Source: Dudresnaya verticillata
Lineage: Eukaryota
DNA: 64,000 nucleotides
Assembly: GCA_977862235.1 (NCBI GenBank)
Contig: OZ374559.1
Location: forward strand, 434,001 to 498,000
Direction: 5' to 3'
Shown: in pieces, positions 13,286-24,100 of the stretch
Numbering within the stretch: position 1 is the first letter of the stretch
How the letters are laid out: every line of letters begins with the position of its first letter
Made by a program: the position numbers and the translations under genes
Notes under the pieces: generated by a model
What the model saw: only the letters and a program-made list of their open reading frames with translations
What the model was told of the DNA's origin: nothing
The model's database searches: none

Positions 13286-13960
13286 TCAGAGCTCAGAGCT
13301 ATGCGCCCTCGATTGAGGAGGTGTCACTTCAAAGCCCGTAAATGTTGCAACGCAGCCTCCGCCCTTCGTTGGTGACGCTGCGAAAGGCCCAACATGCCAT
13401 AAAGATCCCTCTGGCACATCCAGATAAGAGACGCGCACCATTCTGAACTCTTCCGGGTTCTTTGGGCTGGCGATCTCCATAGCCACGGAGTTTCCAATGA
13501 GATGGACCCGCAGTCGCACTGTCGCGACTCCATTTTGTGAGGAGTCCCATGCTCGTGCCGACCAGTCCGAACGGCTATTTGTCACAACGGCACCGAGAGT
13601 CATTTCGCCGTCTGTAAACTCAAACCCAAACTTGATCCAGTGTTCAGCATCAACGCGAACCAAAAGGCCGGCCTGGTCGAATTGATTTGCGGCAGACAGG
13701 TGCAACGTCGTGGTTACAGTTGCGTCTTTTGAAACTGGCTCCACCATAGCTGGGGCGTTGTCCACGATAAGCTCGGGGGTATAGTACGTTTTCCGCCACA
13801 TGTCGGAGCCGCTGGGTGGAATAACAAGTAACGATGAAGATGTAAGTGAGAAGCCGCCTCCTTGTCCAGCGTTTTCCGCTGGTTTCGCCTTGTGGTCATC
13901 GGTGAGTTCTGGAAGTGGGCCATTTAACCATTGCAGTTTGTGCAAACCTTTGGAAAACAT
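13286..13960 (-). CDS. DUF1349 family (REE1-like, concanavalin-like beta-sandwich) protein
   Basis: Family-like motifs SDMWRKTYY, DNAP, FDQAGLLVRVDAEHWIKFGFEF, GAVVTNSRSDWS, VGPFAASP; first ATG at 13960; single exon. Confidence 0.85.
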   Translation of the reverse strand: MFSKGLHKLQWLNGPLPELTDDHKAKPAENAGQGGGFSLTSSSLLVIPPSGSDMWRKTYYTPELIVDNAPAMVEPVSKDATVTTTLHLSAANQFDQAGLLVRVDAEHWIKFGFEFTDGEMTLGAVVTNSRSDWSARAWDSSQNGVATVRLRVHLIGNSVAMEIASPKNPEEFRMVRVSYLDVPEGSLWHVGPFAASPTKGGGCVATFTGFEVTPPQSRAHSSEL

Positions 13961-15069
13961 CTTGAGGCTGAAGCTGAGTGAAGCCGTATCTCCGTGAGTG
14001 AGACAACAGAGCTGGAGATTGAAACGGGATGTGGTATTTGCTGTTAGCACCGTCGTAAACTTCTCGACTGCCGAGTTAGAAATGTTACCACTTAAGACAC
14101 CTTAATGGGCTTCTTGCGAATCTTCCGAATAACGAGATGCTACAGTACCAGTGGTATTAGAGTGACGCCAATTGTCTCTCGCTCCATGAGAATTCTTTGG
14201 GAGCACCGTAGGCTCTTGTACATTCACACAGTAACATGTCACGTCCTGTCTGCCCCTCGTTAGAGATCGAGGCGTTAATGCAGCCGAATACTCCCTCAAC
14301 TGATAGGTACACGACAGCGAAACGAATGCGGCCTCAGCCCTGTAGATGTTGAGATCTCACGGAGCAATACATTCTGGCACTCGTACGGGAATGTGTCTCA
14401 TCGTCACATGATGCGTAGAGCACGCATCAGCAATATTCTAATGGATGCAAGAGATTGCTTGAAAGCACAAAACGATGACGTCTCCAAATTTTGAACGGCG
14501 GTTCAGCTTCAGCCCTTCAGCGAACCATCAATTTTCTCTTTGAGAGACTCCACCGAGGACCCTGTCAGAAAATAAAGAGGAGGGAAACACAGTAAGAGGA
14601 AGGAAGATATGAATAGAAGAGAGAGAACTGTAGATCAAATAAGAAAGTGTGTTTGAATGTGTTAGACTAATTCTTCTAGTTGTCTTGCCTAACACCAAGA
14701 ATGAATGCACTATTGTGGGTTCTTACAGACTTGATACTTCTCAGCTTGAGATAGTAATAGTACTAGTTCAGAAAGTCTAGAAGACTAGATGTTACTACTG
14801 TATTAGTGAAAGTCCGATATACTCGCAATACAGTATTGGTCTGATACTGCATGCATGTAATGAGCTAAGTAGTATCCATCACGGATACACGTTAGATAGT
14901 CGGACCCTTGTTCGGAATCGGTACGGGTCGTGTCCGGCTCTTCGTAGATAGAAACGGTATCCACTGCCTTAAACTGTCTTCTTAAAGTATGATCATAAAG
15001 TATGCCCTCACCCACTAATGTACCATTAACCGCCGCCTCCTCGACTTGTCTTCTCCTTTGCTTCAGCAA

Positions 15070-15520
15070 CAGTGTTGTTATATTTTATTTGTTGTTTCAC
15101 GTGGTCCTGCGTAGGCGACTTTGGCCCATTTTCTGGCACACGGTCGATTGATGGGCGGGGAGTGATACACTACGGCGTGGGGATGTGGTGGTGGGTGGGC
15201 CTGTCTTCTGGGTGGCATGTGGGTGAGGGGTATTCTTCGAGGCATATACGACGGGTGGCTCGCAGGGCGTCGCAGACGCGGTCGGCAGCGGATGGGTCGG
15301 GGTCTTGGAGTGACAGAAGTGACAGTGTCTGTGCGTGCGGTCCCAGCGCGAGGCGGGCGGCTTGACAGCTGGGTGGGATCGGGAAGGTCCCCAGGTGCCA
15401 GCGTGTGGCTAGCTTCCTGTCTTGATGGTCCGGGAGTTGCAGAGCAAACGGTAGCCGGTAGTGTTTGTAAGCTGGTGCCATCCTTCTTCCTGATAACGCC
15501 ATTGTCCATTCTCTTATAGC
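15070..15520 (-). mobile_element. Decayed LINE 3' fragment, copy c
   Basis: LPFALQLPDHQDRKLATRWHLGTFPIPP and 3' end atgggccaaagtcgcctacgcaggaccac plus A-rich tail match copies a and b. Confidence 0.6.
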
Positions 15521-15683
15521 GAGGGTTGTAGGGGACGTGCGTATTAAGTCCCCTTCAGGGACATACTCTGAATCTTGCGATTAAAGGGATGCTTGCTTGC
15601 TTGCTTCTTCTTGAGGGCATGTCTCAGGCCCTCTTTCATACATGATTAAAGTCCCACTCTTACTACCATAAATCAACACTGCT

Positions 15684-18600
15684 TTACCCTGAGAAGTCTG
15701 CCTCAATCCAAACACGAATCATATGTCGCTGCGAGCCTGATGGAAATGCCTCTCTAGCATGAGCGATGATATGATTGTTTGTAAACATTATATCTCCTCT
15801 TTCCAAACGACACTTCAAGGTTATTCCATGCTCCAGCTCACGATCAAGGGCGTCCATTGCTTGCAGCAGAATCTCTGGGATCTGAACACCAGCTCTTTGA
15901 TGCCCGCTCTCAATCCAGTCTCGCATATACCGAAACCGGGTTGCGCCGCTAGCGGCATCACGAGAGAATATTGGGAAAACGTTGTCTTTAAGACGCAATG
16001 GCAGGATCTTATCAGATCTCATCACCATGTCCCGAATAGTGTTCGCCACATCTTGTGCAGTTTCGCAACTTCGCAGGTCCTGTTCAGACCCTCCAAGGCC
16101 CTTCTCAATCAAATCACGGATAACTGATTCGCGCTCCAGCTCCCCAAGAACAGCTGATGACTCACTAGCTCGCAAAGAATTGTATAAGTTACATGCATTG
16201 GACAGCGATAGCGCACCTCCACTCTCAGCGGGTTTGATGCAATAAAGGCCAACAACGTCTGGGAAAAAGTCGCGCCGTGATCCATCAGTATGAAACGATG
16301 CTGCGTTGCAGGAAACGCTGAACAGCACGTTGTCTTGGGAGGTGCACAGCCCATGGTCCTTGACATGCCACAGGGGACCTCTCTCATTAGAGACATTTCC
16401 CATGCATTTCGACAACAGAAGGTATGCCATTCCCTGCACTTCTTCGGATGCCATTCTAGCTTCACCGTGGTCCAGAATGCCTTGAACCAAAACAGCCCCA
16501 GTGCCTGAAGAGCTAGTCAGATTTCTCATAATGCTGGCTGCAAACTCGTTTGTTTCTGAAAGCCTAACTTCTCTCAAATCAGCAGGACACACATCGATTG
16601 GCTTCATGCCTTTCTCAACCAAGCAGTTTGCAGCTTTGAACAACTCGATGGCACAGCTTCGTGGAGTGTTGGACTGGATGTTCTCCAGAGAGAAATTGTT
16701 TCCGTCTACCCTTGACGGCCAGATGATTTCTGGTGAACGTTTAATCCCACCAACATTGGCAGGCTTTCGGACACAGAAAGCCGCATGTAGCGGAACCCCT
16801 TCAAGAGGGCCAAAGAAATCTTTGTCCATAGCCAGCAGCTCCTCTGTCACTCCTAGCTCTACCAAGTCGGGTGTCTCGGTGAATCCCACCGACTTGAGTG
16901 CACGGAAATAGCTCTCAAATGTTTTGTGCGTGCATCTCACGTTGAGGCTGCGCCCGTCTCGAGTCATGATCCTTCCCTCACTGACAGAGTCAACCCTGTC
17001 AAAATAACCCTTATCTCCTTCGTCCCATTGAAATGGAAGCTCCTTCGGCCGGCCAGTCAAATCCCAGAACGGAAAACATGGGTGCGGAACAGAGAACACA
17101 AACTTTCCTCCTGGACGAAGAGTTTGGAAAACATTGTCCATGATTTCTTGCATGTCCTTTTCCGAGACATAGTTGAATACGAAGCATGCCACTGCAGCAT
17201 CAAACGAGTTGCAGACATCAGCACCAACGATAAGCCCTGGGACAGAGGCCGGCCCACTCTCCCTGATGATATCCAAGAGGCGAGTGGCGTCTCCAACAGC
17301 GTAAGTGAGACCTCCTAGGGGATTGGACTTTTCCTCTTCTATTGCAGCCAATATCATTGAACCGGAAACGTCGACGCCGAAAACAGCATCTACATCGTGG
17401 TGTTGTCGCAATTGTCGGGCGAGGTAGCCTTCCCCACATCCAACGTCTAAAACAGTCTGACCTTCAATGGGCTTGAGAAGATCGACAACGCGAGGCCTTC
17501 CGGTGAAGTCTGAAAGGCATGTCGGCTTTCTGCGAATCCAGTTTGAGGCCTGCTTGTTGTACAAAGCGGCGGTTGTCAACCCCGACTTGGACCGCTGCTC
17601 CTCTTCCGCAGACGCCACCTTGCTGGGATCATTGGGAGATCGCATTTTCAGGGCACTCTCAAGCAACGCGTCCCAGAGCTTTTCACGCTCATCGAGGACT
17701 GTGAGCGCCCCGAAGATCAAGTCACGCTCGGTATTTGAAGGGTCACGGCAGATAACCTCCCTGGCGATGTCCAGCAGCGTGGATGCATGGGCGTCGTCGA
17801 CAGAAACATGCAACGGGAAGAAGACGTAGTGCTGAAGATGCATTTCCGGGACGTGATTTTCGAAGGCCGAGATGAAGTGCGGGTAGATGTGCTTGACAAC
17901 AGCCTCGGTGCCTATGGATAGGGCACCGACTGCCGCGGCCTCGGAGGTATCTGGAGAGGCGATGAAGTGGGCGACGGTGTCGCAAAAGTCGTGGCCAGGG
18001 GCGGTATCATCCGTCTCAGAGCCGATATGGTCACCGGCGGCTTGCAGCACGCTCTCGAGCTCGGTCAGGGTCGAGCGGAAGAGAGAGTCATGTGGGATTC
18101 CGGCGACCCATGCCGGTTGTATGCCGTCCTGGGCGAGCTGATGCAGGTCGTCATCGGCGAGGCTGCCAGTCTCCTCAGCGAGGTCGTGCTGCAGGGCGCG
18201 GATATGGCTGGGCGAGCGGAGCTTTGCGATGGCGGCCTCGAGATTAGATCGAAAGGCGCGGTTGTATGGGACATAGTTGCGCAGCAGGTGGAGCAGGGCC
18301 TGGCGAGGCAGCGGGAGGCACTTGGGCGCAGCGGCGGGGGCTGAGAGAGCGGCGAGGTACGGATGGCGGATGGCGCGGTGCGAGCGCAGGACGGCGGCGA
18401 GGTGGGCGTGGACCAGGGGCGGACCGCTAGGGAGGGCTGGGACACGGAGGAGGAAGGCGACGAGCGCGTCGAAGGGCAGATGTGCGGCGGAAGGGGCCGG
18501 GCGAATGTGGCGCGTGAGCAGGGCATGGGCCGTGGCATGCGGGGAGAGGGACGGCGGCAGGTGCAGGGTGGAGAGGGCGGTGGAGAGGGTGGGGACGGTG

Positions 18601-18707
18601 AGCGGGGTTGTCGGCGGGAGCGAGAAGAGGGCGGTGTAGTGCGCGCGTAGGGCGGCGAGCAGAGCGGCGTGCAGGTCGCGGCGTGGTTGCCGGGGCGGGG
18701 TGGGCAT
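15684..18707 (-). CDS. 1007-aa fusion: heme-oxygenase-like diiron (TenA/PqqC/CADD-like) domain + class I SAM methyltransferase + TauD/TfdA-type Fe(II)/2OG dioxygenase
   Basis: Uninterrupted ORF. Diiron-type ligands: LAEETG...GIPHDSLF, GTE, FFPLHVSVDDAHA (H-x3-D-x2-H), ~18400-17650. SAM motif I VLDVGCGEG plus GVDVS and VGDA, ~17570-16770. 2OG dioxygenase FHTDGS (HxD) and GDIMFTNNHIIAHAREAF..RHMIRVW, ~16700-15690. Confidence 0.9.
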   Translation of the reverse strand: MPTPPRQPRRDLHAALLAALRAHYTALFSLPPTTPLTVPTLSTALSTLHLPPSLSPHATAHALLTRHIRPAPSAAHLPFDALVAFLLRVPALPSGPPLVHAHLAAVLRSHRAIRHPYLAALSAPAAAPKCLPLPRQALLHLLRNYVPYNRAFRSNLEAAIAKLRSPSHIRALQHDLAEETGSLADDDLHQLAQDGIQPAWVAGIPHDSLFRSTLTELESVLQAAGDHIGSETDDTAPGHDFCDTVAHFIASPDTSEAAAVGALSIGTEAVVKHIYPHFISAFENHVPEMHLQHYVFFPLHVSVDDAHASTLLDIAREVICRDPSNTERDLIFGALTVLDEREKLWDALLESALKMRSPNDPSKVASAEEEQRSKSGLTTAALYNKQASNWIRRKPTCLSDFTGRPRVVDLLKPIEGQTVLDVGCGEGYLARQLRQHHDVDAVFGVDVSGSMILAAIEEEKSNPLGGLTYAVGDATRLLDIIRESGPASVPGLIVGADVCNSFDAAVACFVFNYVSEKDMQEIMDNVFQTLRPGGKFVFSVPHPCFPFWDLTGRPKELPFQWDEGDKGYFDRVDSVSEGRIMTRDGRSLNVRCTHKTFESYFRALKSVGFTETPDLVELGVTEELLAMDKDFFGPLEGVPLHAAFCVRKPANVGGIKRSPEIIWPSRVDGNNFSLENIQSNTPRSCAIELFKAANCLVEKGMKPIDVCPADLREVRLSETNEFAASIMRNLTSSSGTGAVLVQGILDHGEARMASEEVQGMAYLLLSKCMGNVSNERGPLWHVKDHGLCTSQDNVLFSVSCNAASFHTDGSRRDFFPDVVGLYCIKPAESGGALSLSNACNLYNSLRASESSAVLGELERESVIRDLIEKGLGGSEQDLRSCETAQDVANTIRDMVMRSDKILPLRLKDNVFPIFSRDAASGATRFRYMRDWIESGHQRAGVQIPEILLQAMDALDRELEHGITLKCRLERGDIMFTNNHIIAHAREAFPSGSQRHMIRVWIEADFSG

Positions 18708-18713
18708 TGTGGC

Positions 18714-18805
18714 GGGGTGGGAGGTGCGGCGCGGTGGGTGGGAGGTGCGGCGCGGTGGGTGGGAGGTGCGGCGCGGTGGGTGGGAGGTGTGGCGCGGGGA
18801 GGTGG
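18714..18805. repeat. About four tandem 21-bp G-rich repeats immediately upstream of the fusion-gene ATG
   Basis: gggaggtgcggcgcggtgggt repeated. Confidence 0.9.
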
Positions 18806-19134
18806 TATCTGTCTTATGTTGAAGGGTATTTATTTGTACTGTACCTTTATACTGTAGCAGTGCGTGGGTGGCGGGGGGAATGATGGGCTCGTCAGGTCGG
18901 AAGCATTCTTGGAGGGGGCGAGCAGGTTTTTGCGAAAAAGGTATGCGTTTCCCCCTACGAGCAGTCTATCGCTACGAACAGAAAATGGACTCATGGACTT
19001 ATATTTTGTTACGTGGTATGGGACGGCGGTGCTACGTACAGTATCAGGCCCTGGTTATTATCGATCAAAATCTAGAATCTGGCGCCCTTGGCCCCAAGGC
19101 TGTGCGCAACCAATCACGCTGAAACTTTGCTGAA

Positions 19135-19257
19135 TGTTACGCCGCTGGAGGATGCGCGGCAAAAGCTGACAAATTTTATTTGTATTTTGCATCTTCGCGC
19201 GAACCCAGACGGGCTCACGCGAAGACCGGCGGCGCACGTATTACAAAGCGACCGCCT

Positions 19258-19294
<37 letters not shown>

Positions 19295-19481
19295 TGGCGA
19301 CCGAGTTAGAACAGTAAACAGCTTGAGATCACTAAGAGTGTGGTCAGGCTACTGCGAGGGTGTTCCGCCCGAGCCCTTGTGGCTGTTCCCCATTATCCCC
19401 GTCCGCCCCGTTAACCCCTTCGCGTCGCGGAAACAAGGTTGCTCTTGTGGCGACCCACGCGCCCCTATGACTCTCACAACA
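19135..19481 (+). repeat. 5' LTR
   Basis: Starts TGTTACGCC, ends CTCTCACAACA; aligns with 27571-27905; contains a long poly-C run. Confidence 0.92.
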
Positions 19482-19569
19482 ATCCAGATTAGAGTGTCGC
19501 AAGACGCGCTCGAGTTCAACAACACAAAGTCCGTCCAAGGTGAAGCGCTGATCTACACCGATCGACACC

Positions 19570-21444
19570 ATGTCCGAGGGCGCAGCTGTACGCACTAAGA
19601 CCCAGGCTAGTACGAAGTATAGCCGTATCAAGAAGAGACTCGACACTGCTGTGGTGAAGGATCCGTTCTTCGAGGAACTGTTCAATGTGAGCCGGTCGAT
19701 CCTTGATACCTACCGACAGACAAGCGCGGGAAACACCGCCGCCGTTTTTTCCCCGGCTGACGTCGTCAAGGAACACATTCAAAGTCTTCTTCCTACCCCA
19801 TCCGTCACCTACACGGAGAAGTTCTTCACCGTTCCGCTCTTCCCGATCGTTCTGCTGCACGATGTTGGGACGTTTTACGGACTTGGTGACATACCATAAG
19901 GTGCCGTTGAGGGAACTGCACTTTCAGATCTTAAGGCTGAAAGTCCCAACCTGCTCACGCATGTTTGGTTCGCGAAACGTCCGGGTTTTAACGCGCGTGA
20001 AGTGAAAGAAGTTCTTGAAACGTATCGTCGCTTCCGTGGAGACTTATCCTTCCTTCGTATGAACAGAGCAAACACCCAGTCTTATGGAAACAGTGTGACT
20101 CTTCCAATGGGTCGTGCGGGAACTGAACCTTCACCCGTCACCGAGAAGGAGGCCAACGCTGAACGCAACAGGTGCCAAGATTCTCCTTCGCCTCGTGATA
20201 TCAATCCGTCGCGCGCTGAGAGACTTTCTGCCCAGCCGGATCGCCGTGCGAATAGTGCTTCGAATGTTTCTGCTGAAGCTCATGGTCAAGATGACTACCG
20301 CCCGGTGCGAGACGAATCTCGTAAGGCAGCTTACGTTCATCTGCACTTCAAGTCACGCAAGTTCACTGGCGATCTTTTTCAGTCCATAGAGTTGTTGCTT
20401 CGTGATTACAATATCTGCGCTCGTCAACATCGTCTTACTCCGGTTCAAAAGGCAGATTACTTCATCAATTTTCTAAAAGGCGCTGCCCGAAACTTCTTCT
20501 TCAACAACGCTCGAGACGATATGTCATTCGATGACATGGCGAGGCTAATGAAGAACGAGTACGACAACGATGCTCGACAGCTCCAAGTTCAGACCTCCTT
20601 GGAAACCCTCAAGCTCCACCGCTTCATGTCCGAGAAGGAGATAACCTCTGTATGTGATGGGCTCACAAAACTTGTCGACCACATCGAATTCATGAGCCCA
20701 CAGTGCGCTACATATTTCCGTAGCGAGCAGCACCATATTCGCTACCTCCGTGGTGCTATCCTGCAGTACTCATGGGCGAAAATTCCAATCAGCCATCTGG
20801 TCACTGCGACGTACAGCTTCAACCAGTTCGTCACTGCTCTCCGCGAGAGCCTGGAACTCGAGGACGAGATCCAGGATCTTCAATCTGGTTCGAATTCTAC
20901 CCGCTATGCGCCATCGCAAGAAACTCACTACGGGCAGTACGGTCGTCACCCGAAATACGTCCGCAAGCATGATGACAATCGCCCGAGGAACAACAAGGCC
21001 CCGAACAAGTTTGGACGTACATTTGATGAGAGCAGACGCCGTAATGAGTGTCACAAATGTGGTTTCTCCCCGTGGAAGCCCAGCCATCGGTGTGCTCCGG
21101 GTTCCATTCGCAGCTCTGTTCGAGAAAAGCTCAGGAATGGGAAATCATCCGTGCATATTGTGTCGGACCTAGTTGTCGGCCTCGAGCAAGAGACCGACCA
21201 GCACCCTGAGGATGACACCGAGGATGGTAATGGCTTGCCAGGAAATCAAAGAATTGAGGAGACTCACCACCAGGCAATTAGTACCGACCTGGATGAGTTT
21301 GATACGCTTACCTCCACTTTTGCGCAACCCGTTGACACTTCCGTAGTCGAAGAAGTCGACAAGGAATGGTTTACCCACCACTTTACTGCCGCGCTCTCGA
21401 ACCAGGGTTCCAAACCTCATGAAGAAACCCAGGCTTTTTGCTAA
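19570..21444 (+). pseudogene. Copia gag with one premature stop
   Basis: ORFs 19570-19899 and 20002-21444 are in the same frame, separated by TAA at 19897-19899; zinc-knuckle-like CHKCGFSPWKPSHRC. Confidence 0.8.
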
Positions 21445-21492
21445 AGCGACGAGGCTCCATGCCTCAGACTCATCTCACTAAGCGTCAGGTGA

Positions 21493-23298
21493 ATGCACAT
21501 CGCACCACCTGTCAGAGGCGCATTTTGGAAGGAAAGATTTCCGTTCCCGCTCCTGTTGACTGCTCAGACATACATGTTGCTCAAATGTCAGGCACGACAA
21601 AACACCGGCTCCATGGGGTTTTGCCTGGATACAGGAGCACCAAGATCTGTAGTTGGAAGGAAACAACTCAATCGGATCATGAATGCTTTGGGAATCCACA
21701 AGTGGAAGTCTCATCGCTCGGAGACCCGGTTTCGTTTTGCAGACAAATGCTACAGTTCACTTAGCAAGGTCTCGTTACCACTGCTAACGCCACCGAGTGT
21801 TCCTAGAGTCGAAATCGAGCTCGACGTAGTGGAGGCAGACATCCCTGCCTTGCTCGGTATGGAAGTCCTAGACAGGGAACAATTACTCGTGGACACGGTT
21901 TGCAACAGACTATCGAAGCGTGTCGAGGTAGAGATAGCAGAAGGAAAGACAGCGTACGTCGATGAGTGGTCTGCCCCTTTAGAAAGATCACAGAGCAGGC
22001 ACATATACGCTCCCATCGACAGCAGCACGCGAGTTCACTTCACCCGAGCACAACTCCAACGCTTGCATCGTCAGTTTTATCACCCATCTGCCGATAAGTT
22101 GTTCAAGTTACTACGTAAGGAGAGACCAGAAGACGTAACACCTGAAGCCCTCAAGATCCTCGAAGACTTGGGAAAGAGGTGCGGTCCATGCCAACGTATC
22201 CAGAACGCTCCAGTGCGTTTCAAGGTGACGTTCGGAGCTGAGAACGTCAGGTTCAATGAGCGAATATTCATCGATGTCATGTACTTGGAAGGAAAACCGG
22301 TACTTACTATCATTGATGAAGGTAACCGCTTTGGTGCAGCTCGCTTACTACCTGATGTTTCGACCAAAACCATCTGGGAAACTTTACTGACCTGCTGGAC
22401 AACCATCTACACAGGATTACCAAACCGCATGCTTGTGGATCAAGGAAGTGCTTTCGCAAATACGTTCGTTGACATGGCTGCTATTTCGAGTGTTAAGGTT
22501 GACCACACCGGCGTCGAGGCTCACTCCAGCCTTGGCCTAACGGAAAGATACCATCAACCCCTCCGTACGACGTTCAGGACGATTATGGCCGACCAACCGC
22601 AAACGGACCGCAACCTAGCGCTCCAGGCTGCGGTCAAAGCCATGAACGATACCTTAGGCCCGGAAGGGCTTGTGCCGTCATCCTTGGTTTTTGGAGAGTA
22701 CCCCAAGGTAACCACGCGAGACGAGCCAGCACCAGTACGAGCCAATCTACGAAGCCGAGCTATAATGGCAGGTACAGCTCGTAAGGAGATGGAGAAAATC
22801 ATGGCAAAGCACAGAGTCGAACGGGCATTGAAGAGGGCAATACCAAGCGCAGTGGATAGAACATTTCAGGCAGGAGACGAAGTATTGGTTTTCAGAGAGA
22901 AGCTCATTGCGAACCGAATTGGAGAATGGGTTGGCCCATTCAAGGTTATAGCAGTGGACTATGAAAAGAAGCTGGTTTATGTTCAGGATGTTCAAGTCGG
23001 AAATGCACGGCCATTTAATATCACGAATGTCAAGAAGTACCAGCAACCCGTGGAAATAGCGAACTCTTTGTTCAGTGATATGCATGATGCTCTGTCGCAT
23101 TACGGATCGCCTCTTGAAGACGATGACATTTTCCTCACGGAAATTCTCGACCCCAGCGATCCGCGAGCCACATCCAAACGCATGGACGAAGCTAAGAGAA
23201 AAGAAGTTCGAGACCTGTTGAACAAGGGAGCATTTAAGGTAATTGTTAGAGAGGATGTACCACCTGGTACCAAGTTCTGCCTGGACGCTTTGTCCTAG
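21493..23298 (+). pseudogene. Copia pol: aspartic protease and integrase
   Basis: LDTGA protease motif; HRQFYH...CGPC zinc-binding motif; IDVMYL, DQGSAF and GLTERYHQPLR DDE core; frameshift near 23272. Confidence 0.9.
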
Positions 23299-24100
23299 CA
23301 ATCAAGTCTACGGAAGATGGCCAGGAAAAGTACAAGGCAAGATACGTCATAGGAGGCCACCGGGACAAGCTGAAACACATGATGGTACACTCAAGTGCCA
23401 CGCTTCAGCCCCAGTTGGTCCGACTACTACTTGCTCTTGCAGCAATGTTCGGGTTCGACATCTGGACTTCCAACGAGAAGCAAGCCTACCTTCAATCTGC
23501 TGAACCGCTTGCCCGGGAGATCTTCATTGACAAGCCAGTTGCAGAGTTCGAACTAGAACGTTCTAGGGTACCCTGGCAATGTCTCCAACTGCTCAAACCA
23601 CTCTACGGTTTATGTGAATCAAGAGACTTATGGCATGCTACGCTGGATAAGCACCATAGGCAAGACCTCGGTATGACGCCGCTCCGGTCAGACCCAGCGC
23701 TATACATCCTCATGGTGAATGGAATCCTTCAGGGGCTTAGCGGGGGCTACGTAGATGACCTACTTCGAGCAGGAAATTCCAAGTTCAAGGAAGTTGCAAG
23801 CGATACCCACAAGAAGTTCGAAATGACCGAGTGCAGCTACTTACCATGTGAGTTTACTGATTTCACTCTGACGAAGGACAAGGATGGCCTAGTCTGTATT
23901 GACCAGCACAAGTACCTACGAAAGTTGGAACAACAAACATGGAATTGCTCTTTCAAGGCATTCCGGTCGATGCGCATGCGACTCGCATGGCTCGCTAACA
24001 CAAGGCCGGACCTGCTGGTACAGATTGGACAGATGGCCCAAGTAACTGAAGAGATGTTCAAACAGAACGCCAAGCTTCATGTCAAGAGATTGAAACGTGT
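23272..24100 (+). pseudogene. Copia reverse transcriptase (frameshifted, 3'-interrupted)
   Basis: VLPGRFVLAIK..KYKARYVIGGHRD, QAYLQS, LLKPLYGL, YVDDLL. Confidence 0.9.

Noticed and set aside
17700..18707. High GC of the 5' third of the fusion gene as evidence of a recent fusion
   Set aside because: The gene at 392 shows the same 5' GC gradient, so this is probably a genome-wide trait.
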